64,000 nucleotides of DNA. Origin: a bacterium (GTDB lineage Bacteria; Zhuqueibacterota; Zhuqueibacteria; Residuimicrobiales; Krinioviventaceae). How positions within the stretch are numbered: the stretch's first letter is position 1; the number at the start of each line of letters is the position of its first letter. The notes below the pieces were generated by a model. The model was not told where the DNA came from and made no database searches. It worked only from the letters and a program-made list of their open reading frames with translations. Below, piece after piece: positions 1-11,152 of the stretch. The stretch is taken from the NCBI GenBank assembly GCA_963674595.2, contig CAXXFV010000022.1, forward strand, positions 1-64,000, written 5' to 3'. The translations under genes were made by a program, and so were the position numbers.

Positions 1-1
1 C

Positions 2-1257
2 GGAGCCGGTGAATTGGACCGGACGGCTGTCACTGTTTATGACGGCTGCAAAGTCGGACGATGGAATATCGAGTTTACCAGTGATACGGATTATAGTATT
101 CCGGTCCGGGTATCAGCTCGACCGGAAATATAGGCTCGAATTTAACCTTACCCGGGTTTATTCAAATCCCGTCAACTGCCTGGGGCGGTTTGATACTGGA
201 AGGCTACAAGCTGTCCTTTTTAACCGGGATTTCATGGGTTGACGAAAATCCGGTACAGGCCATTTATGATGTACTGACGGCCAACCAGATAGGAACCGGT
301 TTAATCGGGTCGTCTTCCTATTTCGGGAAAAAAACTGCCGGCACCTTATATGAGAATGCCGATTCCGGGGCTACGGCCATCAAGATCAGGGTCAATGTCC
401 CGGCGCTTTTAAAAACCGGAGCGACTCTTACCATTACCGAAGGGACTACAACCGAGGACATTGTCATTAGTACGGGCAATGATACCCTCAGCAGCTACCC
501 GCCTTATGTTCAGATCGGCGTTTCGGCCCTGACAAACTCTTATTCCATGGCCGCGCAGGTTGAGCTTAAACAAAGTGCTGCCGTTGATACCGGGAATGAA
601 CTCGAATATACTTTTGATAACGCGTTCTCCTATTGTGATGCCAATAGTTTAAATATTTCTTTGACACTCGATACGGCCATGAAGGTGTTACAGGCCCTTG
701 AAGTGATCTCGGCCCATTTTGACGGGTTTGTTTTTCTGGACAATTGGGGCGTTCACCATATCCATGTTTTTAAAGCCTCACCTGCAGGTGAAACCTTGCC
801 GGAGATTCATTCAAACAATGCCTTAAAAATCCCGGACCCGCAGATTGAGGAGCTGGACGTTGTTAATGAGATCATTGTCTATTATGGGTTTGATTATGCG
901 AAGGAGTCTTTTTTATACACCTTGACCTATCCAGCTACAAATGCTGAGAACACGTCATTTATCCGCAACGGTTATAAACGCACCAAAGAGCTTTATTTGC
1001 CCGGATTCTATTCATCGGCTCCGGCCCAATTTATCGCTCAAAATAAATACAAGTTTTGGGAGGGTGGAGTAAAACTGGTCCGTTACAACCTGACGCTTTT
1101 GGGCGTTCTGGCGAGACTGGGTGACCGGCAACATGTTATCAGTGACCAGCCGGATTTTGACCTTGATGTTGAACTGATCGGTTTAAGCGGATTTAAATTA
1201 TCAGATGGTTTTAATGTCGAATTATTGGGGTATGCTAAAAACGGGATATTTGATTAA
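2..1257 (+). CDS. Putative phage tail/baseplate protein, 5' partial, with an apparent frameshift near 99
   Basis: Frame 2 reads GAGELDRTAV...DTDYSI from the edge. Frame 1 is open from 97 and continues SGPGISSTG... into the 190..1257 ORF. The C-terminus (VVNEIIVYYG..., KELYLP..., LGDR) resembles phage tail hub proteins. Confidence 0.5.
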
Positions 1258-1686
1258 ATGATAAACGATGTCATGAAATTAACCTGGCCAGGCGGTACAC
1301 TTTTATTCGATGATCAGACCGCCATGAGACTGGAGATTGAAAAGAACCAGGCCTATGATATTCAGATACTACAAAACAGGCGTCCGATCATTTATCTGAC
1401 CGGGACCATGTGGAAAAAGTACACGTTGTATCTTTTCAACCCGGATGATTCCTCCTATATCCAGAGCGCTGAAACCTTACGGGGTATCACGGATTACATC
1501 AATCTGTTTTGGGACTATAAGGACCGTCCAAAGGAATCCGTTATTGTCCGGGTTGATCCGAATATTAAAATCCCAATGATAGAGGGGAAATACAATGCCG
1601 TGGAACCGGTTATTGTTACTTTTTACGAAACAATCGGGGACCAGGCCACATTTACATTTGATTTTATGCTGTTAGGGAGATTTTAA
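1258..1686 (+). CDS. Phage hypothetical protein (possible tail component)
   Basis: 142 aa ORF abutting the upstream stop (TAAATG) in the phage operon. Confidence 0.6.
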   Translation: MINDVMKLTWPGGTLLFDDQTAMRLEIEKNQAYDIQILQNRRPIIYLTGTMWKKYTLYLFNPDDSSYIQSAETLRGITDYINLFWDYKDRPKESVIVRVDPNIKIPMIEGKYNAVEPVIVTFYETIGDQATFTFDFMLLGRF

Positions 1687-1688
1687 AA

Positions 1689-1955
1689 ATGAGTACATGG
1701 GCTGCTGAATACATGATAATAAGCATGAAACACGGAACAACCGGGAAACCGGACACGACGGCCTATACGATACAATATCAGCCGGCAGATCAGGCTTACC
1801 CGACCGGGGCTATCAGTGCTACTCAACTTTCAAGTTTGGACGCTTATAAGCCGGACTCGGATGGTGATACTGAACTGGCCTATGATATATATAAAGATGG
1901 AATAAAAATCGGTCGTATTCAGGGACCGGATTTAATTGGTTTTGTTGGAGCATAA
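1689..1955 (+). CDS. Phage hypothetical protein
   Basis: 88 aa ORF starting 2 nt after the upstream stop. Confidence 0.6.
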   Translation: MSTWAAEYMIISMKHGTTGKPDTTAYTIQYQPADQAYPTGAISATQLSSLDAYKPDSDGDTELAYDIYKDGIKIGRIQGPDLIGFVGA

Positions 1956-1984
1956 CTTTTTTATTTAACAGGAAGGAATACAGT

Positions 1985-3160
1985 ATGAAAAAATGGTTAA
2001 TGTTGTTGATTTTGGTCATGATGAGCGTTTCGGCTTTTTGCCAGATTACTTACACCCATAACCGGGGAATATACGGTCAGGTGTGGTTTGACTCGAATTA
2101 TGAGAAAAGTCATTCGACAATCGCAGACTATGATACAAGTTCGATCGTATTAAAAAATATGGATGGTGTTTGGGCTATTATGGTCTACAACTCAACAGGT
2201 GTACAAACGTTTTATTTAGACCCGCTTGGAAATTTAGAGCTCACCGGGTACCTCATTGACCGGGGTATTATATGGGAATCACGTAATAACCCGGAGAATA
2301 ATACCTGGCGGTCTGTAGCCTACGGCAACGGGGTGTTTGTAGCGGTTTCTGCTTCCGGGATCGGTAACCGCGTCATGACATCTACGGATGGTGTTTACTG
2401 GACTTCCCGCACCAGCGCTGCCGATAATTCCTGGACCTCTGTGGCTTACGGGAACGGGCTGTTTGTGGCCGTTGCTAATAGCGGTACCGGTAACCGTGTG
2501 ATGACATCCCCGGACGGCATTACCTGGACGTCCCGTACCAGCGCCGCCGATATTTCCTGGAATTCTGTTGCTTACGGTAATGGGATGTTTGTTGCTGTTG
2601 CGAGTACTACCGGTACAGGCCACCAAATTATGACATCGCCGGATGGCATTACCTGGACGTCCCGCGCCAGTGCCGCCGATAATGAGTTCTGGAGTTCTGT
2701 TGCCTATGGCAACGGGCAGTTTGTTGCCGTTGCTTCCAATGGTACTGTTTACTGTGTTATGACTTCTACGGACGGTATTACCTGGACCTCTCACATGGGT
2801 GCTTCTGATAACCAGTGGTACGCTGTTACCTATGGTAATGGGATGTTTGTTGCTGTTGCCGCTTCCGGGACCGGTGACCGTGTTATGACGTCCCCGGAAG
2901 GTCTTTACTGGACATATCGCGCCAGCGCTTCCGATAATGCCTGGCGGGCCGTTACCTATGGAAACGGGCTGTTCGTTGCCGTTGCTAATAGCGGCACGGG
3001 TGACCGCGTTATGACTTCCACGGATGGTATCACATGGACGTCCCGTGCCAGTGCCGCCGATAATGCCTGGCGGGCCGTTGCTTATGGTAATGGAATTTTT
3101 GTTGCTGCCGCGACTTCAGGCTCTAATAACCGGATTATGACATCCGGGAGAATTTATTAA
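1985..3160 (+). CDS. Signal-peptide protein with seven W.SVAYGNG.FVAV repeats (predicted beta-propeller)
   Basis: RBS AGGAAGGA; N-terminus MKKWLMLLILVMMSVSAFC/Q; seven ~43 aa repeats with BNR/Asp-box-like S.DG.TW motifs. Confidence 0.8.
   Translation: MKKWLMLLILVMMSVSAFCQITYTHNRGIYGQVWFDSNYEKSHSTIADYDTSSIVLKNMDGVWAIMVYNSTGVQTFYLDPLGNLELTGYLIDRGIIWESRNNPENNTWRSVAYGNGVFVAVSASGIGNRVMTSTDGVYWTSRTSAADNSWTSVAYGNGLFVAVANSGTGNRVMTSPDGITWTSRTSAADISWNSVAYGNGMFVAVASTTGTGHQIMTSPDGITWTSRASAADNEFWSSVAYGNGQFVAVASNGTVYCVMTSTDGITWTSHMGASDNQWYAVTYGNGMFVAVAASGTGDRVMTSPEGLYWTYRASASDNAWRAVTYGNGLFVAVANSGTGDRVMTSTDGITWTSRASAADNAWRAVAYGNGIFVAAATSGSNNRIMTSGRIY
2272..3156 (+). repeat. Seven tandem ~129 nt coding repeats
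   Basis: Recurring ...TAYGGYAAYGG.....TTTGT.GC.GTT...ATGAC.TC...GGAYGG.AT.AC.TGGAC... units. Confidence 0.85.
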
Positions 3161-3183
3161 GTGTTATACCAAAAGGGAAGATA

Positions 3184-3504
3184 ATGGATTATAAAAAACT
3201 CGGTTTAAAGCTTGATGGCTATTATGTCTACCCGGTTATTACCGGTATTGTCACGAATAATCCCGATGATTTAAGAATCCAGATCGGAATTAAAATCGAT
3301 ACCAAAGAGGGCATCAAAGACGATCCGACTCGGACGATTGATATAAAAGGTTATACGGCCATCCGGAGAATGAGAGATTTTTGTGATAAAATGCTCTCAC
3401 AATATGAAGAAGCAAAAATCAAATTAAAGGATGAAACAGACCCGGTTTCAACACCGGATGACGAGAATATTGATTCCATTATTTTTGAAAAAAACGCCTG
3501 GTAA
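3184..3504 (+). CDS. Phage hypothetical protein
   Basis: 106 aa ORF with RBS AGGGAAG. Confidence 0.6.
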   Translation: MDYKKLGLKLDGYYVYPVITGIVTNNPDDLRIQIGIKIDTKEGIKDDPTRTIDIKGYTAIRRMRDFCDKMLSQYEEAKIKLKDETDPVSTPDDENIDSIIFEKNAW

Positions 3505-3516
3505 AATGGAGGTTTA

Positions 3517-3918
3517 ATGTATACTTATTCACCAATATCAGAACAACGTTTATCTACAGCAGATCCGGATTTACAAAGGGTCTTTAGAAAAGTACTACAA
3601 ATAGTTGACCATGCTGTTTTAGAAGGTTACAGAGACGAAAAAAAACAGAACCGTTATTATAAAGAAAACAAATCCCGTGTACCATATCCTCAAGGTAAAC
3701 ACAACGGAAAACCAAGCAAAGCGGTTGATGTTGCACCCTGGGTAAACGGCAAAGCCTCTTATCAAATACCTCACTGTATATACTTTGCAGGAATCGTGAT
3801 GGCCGTAGCCGAAATGGAAGGTGTCAGGCTAAGATGGGGAGGCAACTGGGATATGGATGCGGAGGTCATGACGGACCAGGATTTTCAGGATTTGGTTCAT
3901 TTTGAGAAAGTTGATTAA
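3517..3918 (+). CDS. Endolysin, M15 family Zn peptidase (L-Ala-D-Glu peptidase-like)
   Basis: Motifs EGYR...Q, KH....S.AVD, LRWGGNWD, DLVHFE; RBS GGAGG. Confidence 0.85.
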   Translation: MYTYSPISEQRLSTADPDLQRVFRKVLQIVDHAVLEGYRDEKKQNRYYKENKSRVPYPQGKHNGKPSKAVDVAPWVNGKASYQIPHCIYFAGIVMAVAEMEGVRLRWGGNWDMDAEVMTDQDFQDLVHFEKVD

Positions 3919-3939
3919 ATCGGAAAGGAGATTGTAAAT

Positions 3940-4173
3940 ATGAAAATGCCTAAAACATTAACCGGATTGGGTGTGATTTTACTTGGGGGGGCCGTTTCAC
4001 TCATTCCCGGCGTTGGACCTGTAGCCAGTCCATGGATTTGCAAAGTGGGTTCGGCCATTGCAGTTGCCGGAGGAGTGGCCAAAGGTGCCAGGGTTGTAAA
4101 GGAAAAATCTGTCAAACCGGAAACATTATTTAAAAATGAGATCAGTGTGGTTAATTCGTTAAAGAAAAAATAA
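3940..4173 (+). CDS. Small membrane protein, holin-like
   Basis: 77 aa with hydrophobic Gly-rich segments and a basic C-terminus, directly after the endolysin. Confidence 0.45.
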   Translation: MKMPKTLTGLGVILLGGAVSLIPGVGPVASPWICKVGSAIAVAGGVAKGARVVKEKSVKPETLFKNEISVVNSLKKK

Positions 4174-4223
4174 ACATTATCTCTATCAATTAATATTAAA
4201 CAAACACAGAAAGGATCAATTAT

Positions 4224-4565
4224 ATGTCTATTTTAACATCAGCAGTCTCGGCATTACCGACAGAATGGCTAATCAACTATTCCATTGATATTGCTCAAAC
4301 CGTTCTTGATAAATATGTCAAAGGTGAAAAATTGAATGATCGTGAGATCAAAATTGTTCAGGAAGGATATATCTCAGCCAAGATTTGGCTTAAAGATTTG
4401 GTCGAACAGAGTAAAACAACCACAGATGACAAAGGCTACAAAACCTTTATGGCATTGTGTGAAGATACAGCCCAGGAAGGTGGTTGGCCATTGCCGGAAT
4501 TGGCAGACTGGGAGCGACCTGTTGAGGAGCTGGTTGAAATAACCGAAGATGTTCTTGTAGAATAG
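4224..4565 (+). CDS. Phage hypothetical protein
   Basis: 113 aa ORF with RBS AAGGA; last gene before the terminator. Confidence 0.6.
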   Translation: MSILTSAVSALPTEWLINYSIDIAQTVLDKYVKGEKLNDREIKIVQEGYISAKIWLKDLVEQSKTTTDDKGYKTFMALCEDTAQEGGWPLPELADWERPVEELVEITEDVLVE

Positions 4566-4580
4566 TAAATTTTATAACAG

Positions 4581-4610
4581 AAAAGCCCTGTGAGAGCAGG
4601 GCCTTTTTAT
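4581..4610 (+). terminator. Intrinsic terminator of the phage late operon
   Basis: GCCCTG-TGAGAG-CAGGGC stem followed by a T run. Confidence 0.7.
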
Positions 4611-4754
4611 TAGGGGAAAACAACAAATTTTATCCTCTGTTCAAAACAGCGTAATAATATATCTCATCTTTTCATCACACCAGACTTATTTGAATCACAA
4701 CTATAAAAAGCTCATTTTGTGCGGGAAAAAATAGTTAAATTCTTAAAAAATCGC

Positions 4755-4783
4755 TTGCACAGGGCAAACAAAATTTGTATAAT
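4755..4783 (+). promoter_or_regulatory. Sigma70-type promoter
   Basis: TTGCAC-17 nt-TATAAT. Confidence 0.55.
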
Positions 4784-5155
4784 TATTTTGTCGGATATAA
4801 AGGACTATTTTCAGGACAATTCGGTCGGACATGGGAGTCTCTGAAAACCTTTAGCTGATTTACCACACACATAATTGGGAATCATAAGCACACACGAGGA
4901 AGAGATTGCGTCGGTCACATAATCATATTCCTGTTATTTCATGTTCGTATATCTGGGGTTGGGTGAGGTGTGTCTATATTCAAAATCAATTGCAAGGTTT
5001 TCTAGGTAAAAATGTTTGCTGCATCTGGATGCTGCTTAAAAATAACTTGTTTTAATATGCCTTTTCTCAAATTTACCTTGAATCTAAACAATTTTCCTAA
5101 AAGAGAAAATCTCTATTTTTTAGAATACATTCCGGCACAGAGAAGGAGCTTAATT

Positions 5156-8100
5156 ATGGATCGACTGAAAATAGTGTTTTTTGTTATTTGTTTTTTGGCA
5201 CCTTTATATTTAGCTAATGCGCAAGGATTAATAGATTTTCAAGATGATTTTAGCAACAATCCCAATACGAATGGAAAGTGGCAAGTGTATAGATACGATA
5301 ACAACTCCAGTTTCGAAGCTTTTTGGAATTCTGTAGAAGAAAATTGGTATTTAACGAAAAATTCAGGAAGTAAAGCTGCTGCCGTATTTGCAAATTATTC
5401 CTTAAATACTAGAAAATGGAAAGTAGAGTTTGATATGAAAATAGGTGGAGGTAATAGTGGAGATGGTATGACTTTTATGTTTTATAAAAATAAAAATATG
5501 TATGGAAAACCAGATGCTGGAGGTGATTTGGGTTTTACCGTAAATGGACAATCAGTAACTGGTTACGGTATTGAATTTGATACTTATCGTGGCGACGATC
5601 CGCCTACACCCCATATCGCATTAATAAAAAATAATGTAACAACCCATCTTACTTACAATGAGATATCAGGCTTTCGAGATAATAATTTTCATAATATTGT
5701 AATAAATTTTGATCACGGAAATATTTTAGTAATGCTTGATGGGGTTCAGGTATTAGACTATTCTATTTCTAATGTAAATTATAATTTTTCTGGCGTCGGT
5801 TTCTCAGCTGCAACTGGTGGTAATAATGATAATCATATAATTGATAATTTTAAATTATATGTTAATGAAATAAAAATAAAATATCCAGATGGGGGAGAGA
5901 TTTTTGCAGGTAATAGGCCAGTAGATATTACATGGGAAGTAGCACCAAGCGTTGTTTCATTAATTAATAATGTAGAGTTATTTTACTCGATTGATGGAGG
6001 CGCAAGTTTTCCTTATGAAATAACAAGCAGTTTATCCGCATCAGACAGTTCATATTCTTGGTTGACACCGAATTTAAATTCTTCTAGTGTTAAAATTAAA
6101 GCTATTGCTAATAATAATAATAACAATGTTTTATCTGAAGATGAGAGTAATGGTGACTTTACAATTGATTCCGGCCCGCCCAATAGTTTTGATTTATATT
6201 TACCAATTAATGGTGAATGGACAAGTAAATATCCAACTTTCCAATGGTATCCTTCAAGTGATGATTATTCAGGGCTTTTAAAGTATCAATTGTTAATTGG
6301 TAATATATGCTATATAGACAGCATTCCTCCTTATAGTACTTATTATTCATTAAATGATTCATTATTGCCTGGCTTACATGTTTGGACAATTAAGGCACTC
6401 GATAAAGCATATAATGAAACACAAGCGAATCAAACTTGGTCTATACGAGTAGATACTACACGACCTACAAATTTTAATTTAATCTCACCTGATAATGATG
6501 AGTGGTCAACCACAAGCAGACCAAACTTTATTTGGCAAAAATCAGCTGATACGGAATCGGGCTTGGCAAAATATCAATTATATATTGATAATACATTATT
6601 TGTTAATAATATTTCTTCTAATAGCGCTTCAGTTGTCCCTAATTCTAATATCGTTGATGGTGAACATCAATGGCATATTGTTGCAATTGATAACGTAAAT
6701 AATATCCGTCAATCTACAGAAAAGAGAACAATCAGGATTGATACATCACCTCCAGGGGGATCGTTCAAAAATGGATTAAAAGGCAGTTATTATTCCAGCC
6801 CCGGATCAGGGAATGAACCTGTTTTTGGAGATTTAAAGTGCACTCGATTGGATGAAGAAATAAATTTTGATTGGCAGGAGAATTCTCCAGCATCCGGAGT
6901 TTCAGCTAATGATTTCCAGGTTATTTGGACTGGCGAAGTATTTGCCCCAAGCACTGGTACATATACTTTTAAAACATACACAGATGATGGAGTTAAATTA
7001 TGGATTGAAAATCATCTTTTAATAAACCAATGGCATGATCAAGAACCAACATATTATTCTGCAACAAAATATTTAAATGGAAATCAATGGTATAGAATTA
7101 TAATGTATTATTACGAAAATGAGGTAGATGCTACCGCTAAATTATATTGGAAACCACCTGATAGTTCTGAAGAAATTATACCAAGTAATAGTCTAAGGTG
7201 TGAAGTGGGTTTCGATCTTTTATTACCTGATAATAATCTATGGCTTAAAAATGAAACCCCTACGTTTTATTGGGAAAAAGCTGTAGATTATGGAATCGGT
7301 CTTTCAAAATATCAACTTTGGATAGATAATGAGCTTAAAATAGATAATATTTCAACCCTTGCAGATAGTGTTGTTTTAGATACATCGCTGGCCTTATCTC
7401 ATGGCAGCCATACTTGGTTTATTAAAGCATTTGATAAACTTGATAATGCTAGTAATTCTAATTCAACTAGAACCATAAAGGTTGATAATCGACCACCTTC
7501 GAGTTTTTCTTTAAAACTTCCTTCTGATAGTAGTTTTGTTTCATTTCCTACCCCTGATTTTTCTTGGAATTCAAGTTATGATTCTGATTCAAAACTTTCT
7601 CATTACCAAGTCTGGATTGATGATGCATTAAGTGCCGATAATATTAAATCTACTTCAAGTGCTCCAGGTTCTCCATTAATAGAGGGATATCATAACTGGT
7701 GTGTGAAAGCTATTGATAATGTTGGAAATGAACAGAAATCTGATGAAACTTGGATAATTGTTGGAGAATGGAATCCTCCACTTTCTTTTGATCTCACTAT
7801 ACCGAAAGACGGTGACACTGTTAAAACAAGTCAGCCTGTTTTTGCTTGGTATTCTTCTAATGATTTAGGTGCAGGTTTAAAAAAATATCAATTATGGATT
7901 GACGGCCAACTTGAGAAAGATAATATTTCACCGATAGATACATCAGCTTCCCCAACAAATAGTTTGTTAAATGGGATGCATAATTGGTTTGTGAAGGCAA
8001 TTGATAAAGCAAACAATGAAACTGTTTCAACTTCAATAAGACAATTTGTTGTAAATCGTGACCTTACCCCGCCCGTATCTAATATTACCAATCTTGCTGA

Positions 8101-9906
8101 TGGAGATATAATTGGGGGAGACAGATTTCTTATTAAAGGTATTTCAGATGATGGCCAAGGTTCTGGTGTTGACTCTGTACTGATTACTTTGGACGGTGGA
8201 ACAACGTGGTATAATACAATAAATACAGGAGTTAATTTTAGTACTTGGGAATATTCATGGACGGATTTATCTCATGGTAGTCACATCTTAAAGTCTTTGG
8301 CAAGAGATTTTGAAGGAAATCTCGAAATACCTGATTCCGAAACAACTGTATATGTAAATAAAAATGCTCCTTATGTCTCAAATTTTAATGTTGAGCCAAA
8401 TCCTGCAACAATTGGAATAGTGACGGTTACACTAAATTTTTCAGCAAATACATCGGGCATAAATAATATAATAAAACCAATTGTTGAATATTTACCGGTA
8501 AATGACAGTACATCCTTTATATTTACAGAAACAAGTTTTATTAATGATACATGGCAAGGTACTGCTACCATTGACTCATCTATAATAAATGGAACTGCTT
8601 TTATTTCAGTAAGGGGGGCAACGGATAATTTGGGTAATGTTATGATTCCCAATAACAATGTGTGTGAATTTATTATTGATACAGTTGCACCAACTATTAG
8701 TGATATTTTTGTAACTCCTAATCCAGCAAAGGCAGGAAATATTGATGTGTCTGTAAACTTTTATGAAGCCACTAGTAGTTTAAATACACTTATTAGTCCT
8801 ACAGTATTATTTACTCCACTTGGCGGTCTTCCTGTATCAATAACACAGATTAGTTATGATGATAATGAAAATAAGTGGAATGGGACTGCTATAGTTACTC
8901 AAGAAATGAATGATGGGATTGCAACAATTCAGATCAAAGACGCTTCGGATATAGCAGGTAACATCATGCCAATTAATGATAACGCAGGCTCTTTTTAATC
9001 GATGTTACGCCGCCTGTTGCATTTGAATTGTCTTCTCCTATTGATAATGAATGGACTGCAGTGTCAAAACCAAAATTACAATGGAAGCCTTCTTCGGATG
9101 TAACTTCAGGTATGATGAAATATCAATTGTTTTTAAATAATAACCTGAATATTGATAATATCCCGCCTAATGAAGTTTCAGTATCTTTATCTTCAGATTT
9201 GTCTGATGGAGATTTTTTATGGTACATTTTGGCTTATGATAGTGCTTTAAATGTGACGCAATCAGAATCCAAATGGCATTTACAAATAGACACGACACCA
9301 CCTTCTTCAGCGATAAATAATTTATCTTCAGGGATGTTTGTGACTAAAGACACGCTTGTTATTGAAGGAACTTCTAATGATGGGAACGGAACTAATGTCG
9401 GCTGTGGTGTAGATAGCGTTTTTATTAGTTTTGATGATGGTAATTCTTGGTTACCAACTATTAATATGGCGACTAATTTTAGCGTATGGCAATACATTTG
9501 GACGGGATATGAAAGTCAAAACTATATGATAAAAAGCAAGGCTATTGATAAAGTAGGTAACGAAGAAATCCCAAAAGATGGTATGATCGTAACACAAATT
9601 AATGAAAAAGTAGATAATAATATTCCAAAAGAATTTGCTTTACATCAAAACTACCCAAATCCCTTCAATCCTGAAACTGTAATTGGATTCCAATTGCCCA
9701 AGCCGTGCTTTGTAACAATTAAAGTTTATAATACCCTTGGGCAGGAGGTTAAAACACTAGTGAATAAAAATATTACAACAGGCTATTATCAGGTTATTTG
9801 GGATGGTAAAGATAATTATGGAGGAAACGTTGGTTCAGGAATTTTCTTATATCAAATAAAAGCAGGTAATTTTATCGGAATGAAAAAGATGATAATGCTC
9901 CAATAA
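5156..9906 (+). CDS. Giant secreted surface protein: L-type lectin, PA14, multiple Ig/FN3-like repeats, FlgD/T9SS-like C-terminal domain; split by a frameshift at 8992-8996
   Basis: Start at 5156 (RBS AAGGAG, signal peptide). Lectin motifs GDGMTF, IEFDTY, GFSAATGG; PA14 motifs GLKGSYY, TDDGVKLWI; repeats D..PP..F.L..P...W...P.F.W..S.D..SGL.KYQL. One extra T joins ...GSF to LIDVTPPVAFELSSPIDN, which ends in an NYPNPFNP domain. Confidence 0.8.
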
Positions 9907-10129
9907 TACTACTGATCATTTAGGTAACTGCCCGTTATATCATTCCTTTTGCACAAACCGGATATTTACTCCATGCAAGAAGTTGAACAAAAATTTGGTG
10001 AACAACTGTTGGATTTAATTAGTAAACACAAACTAAAATGTAATACCAAATGAATCAATAAATCGTTTTGAATAAAAAATGCTTTAAATAGTATAATTAA
10101 CAAGCAAACTTAACAAAAATGGAGGACTT

Positions 10130-11086
10130 ATGAAAACCAGGTTTTTGGTTCCAATCATCACTGTAACATTTGTTTTATTGTTTGGTTGTGCTACAACTTA
10201 TCTAAAAGTACCTGTTCAAAAACCAGCAAATATTAATCTTGCAGGAATTAAAAAAATCGCCATCGGTGAAATTACCGGGAATGGGGCAGGTGATTTTTCA
10301 GACGAATTAACGGCAAAACTTTTCGAATCAGATCGCTTTGATGTCTTGGATCGCCAACATTTTAATGACATTTTACAAGAACACAAGTTAACATATTCTG
10401 GTCTTATGGATGATTCTACTACGGCTGAAATCGGAAAGTTACTTGGAAGTGCTGCTTTGATTTTCGGTCGAGTTAGTAATTATGATTACAATGAGGAAAC
10501 GACATATGATACTTATAATGATAAAGAAGGTCGGTCTCATCGTTCCTATACAAGAAAGGGAACTGCATCGGTTTCAATATCACTACAAATTACTGATTTA
10601 AGAACAGGAAAAATTATTGCTGTTCGAAAATTAAATCAAAATGTGGAAGAGAAAACAAGGGCTACGGATAAAACCCCGGCGGGAATAGATAAAAATCATG
10701 TCCTTGCTGATGCTCGTAATCGTATTCTAAAAACATTTATGCGTGATATAGCTCCCTATACTGTTACTGAAAAGGTCAAACTTCTTTCGGATAAAAATGT
10801 TCCCCTTTTAGAGCAAGGGATTAATATGATAAAAGTGGGTGAATGGGAACAGGGTATAGAGTATTTTGTTAAAGCGGAAAAAGAAGCTCCAATAAATTCT
10901 AAAGTATTTTTCAATTTGGGTGTTGCTTATACAATGACTTCCCAGTTTGACCAAGCAATTTCTTCTTTTGAAAAAGCTTATTCTCTTGAGCCAAAACAAG
11001 ATTACGCAAAAGAATTGGCTCATTGCAAAGCTCTACAGAAAGATCATGAAAAATTACAGAAACAGTTAAAGGATGCCGGTATTTAA
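10130..11086 (+). CDS. CsgG/HfaB-like lipoprotein with C-terminal TPR
   Basis: Lipobox LFGC; FDVLDR...IL.E, EIGKLLG...LIFG motifs; TPR FNLGVAY...FDQAI..FEKA. Confidence 0.75.
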   Translation: MKTRFLVPIITVTFVLLFGCATTYLKVPVQKPANINLAGIKKIAIGEITGNGAGDFSDELTAKLFESDRFDVLDRQHFNDILQEHKLTYSGLMDDSTTAEIGKLLGSAALIFGRVSNYDYNEETTYDTYNDKEGRSHRSYTRKGTASVSISLQITDLRTGKIIAVRKLNQNVEEKTRATDKTPAGIDKNHVLADARNRILKTFMRDIAPYTVTEKVKLLSDKNVPLLEQGINMIKVGEWEQGIEYFVKAEKEAPINSKVFFNLGVAYTMTSQFDQAISSFEKAYSLEPKQDYAKELAHCKALQKDHEKLQKQLKDAGI

Positions 11087-11152
11087 ATTTAATGAGTCAT
11101 AAACATTTAGTTGTTTATGTCTCATTTGTTTTGAATTTAAGTGAACTTTAAG

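Larger units (their letters stand above)
1..4610 (+). mobile_element. Prophage late region (tail-like genes and lysis module), truncated by the left window edge
   Basis: Tightly packed co-oriented hypothetical genes ending in an M15 endolysin, a small membrane protein and an intrinsic terminator; composition differs from the AT-rich DNA that follows. Confidence 0.8.

Noticed and set aside
2272-3156. Tandem repeats as a DGR template/variable repeat pair
   Set aside because: They are in-frame protein repeats with mostly synonymous differences, not adenine-specific ones, and there is no RT
4336-4542. Nested +1 frame ORF as an o-spanin
   Set aside because: No lipobox or signal peptide, and the host gene has no N-terminal TM
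4757-4770. GCACAGGGCAAAC resembles the 5' end of a c-di-GMP-I riboswitch
   Set aside because: No GAAA tetraloop stem or GACGCAAAG follows, and the tract lies within the promoter -35 and spacer
5012-5155. ORF-track start for the giant surface protein
   Set aside because: The RBS and signal peptide point to ATG 5156
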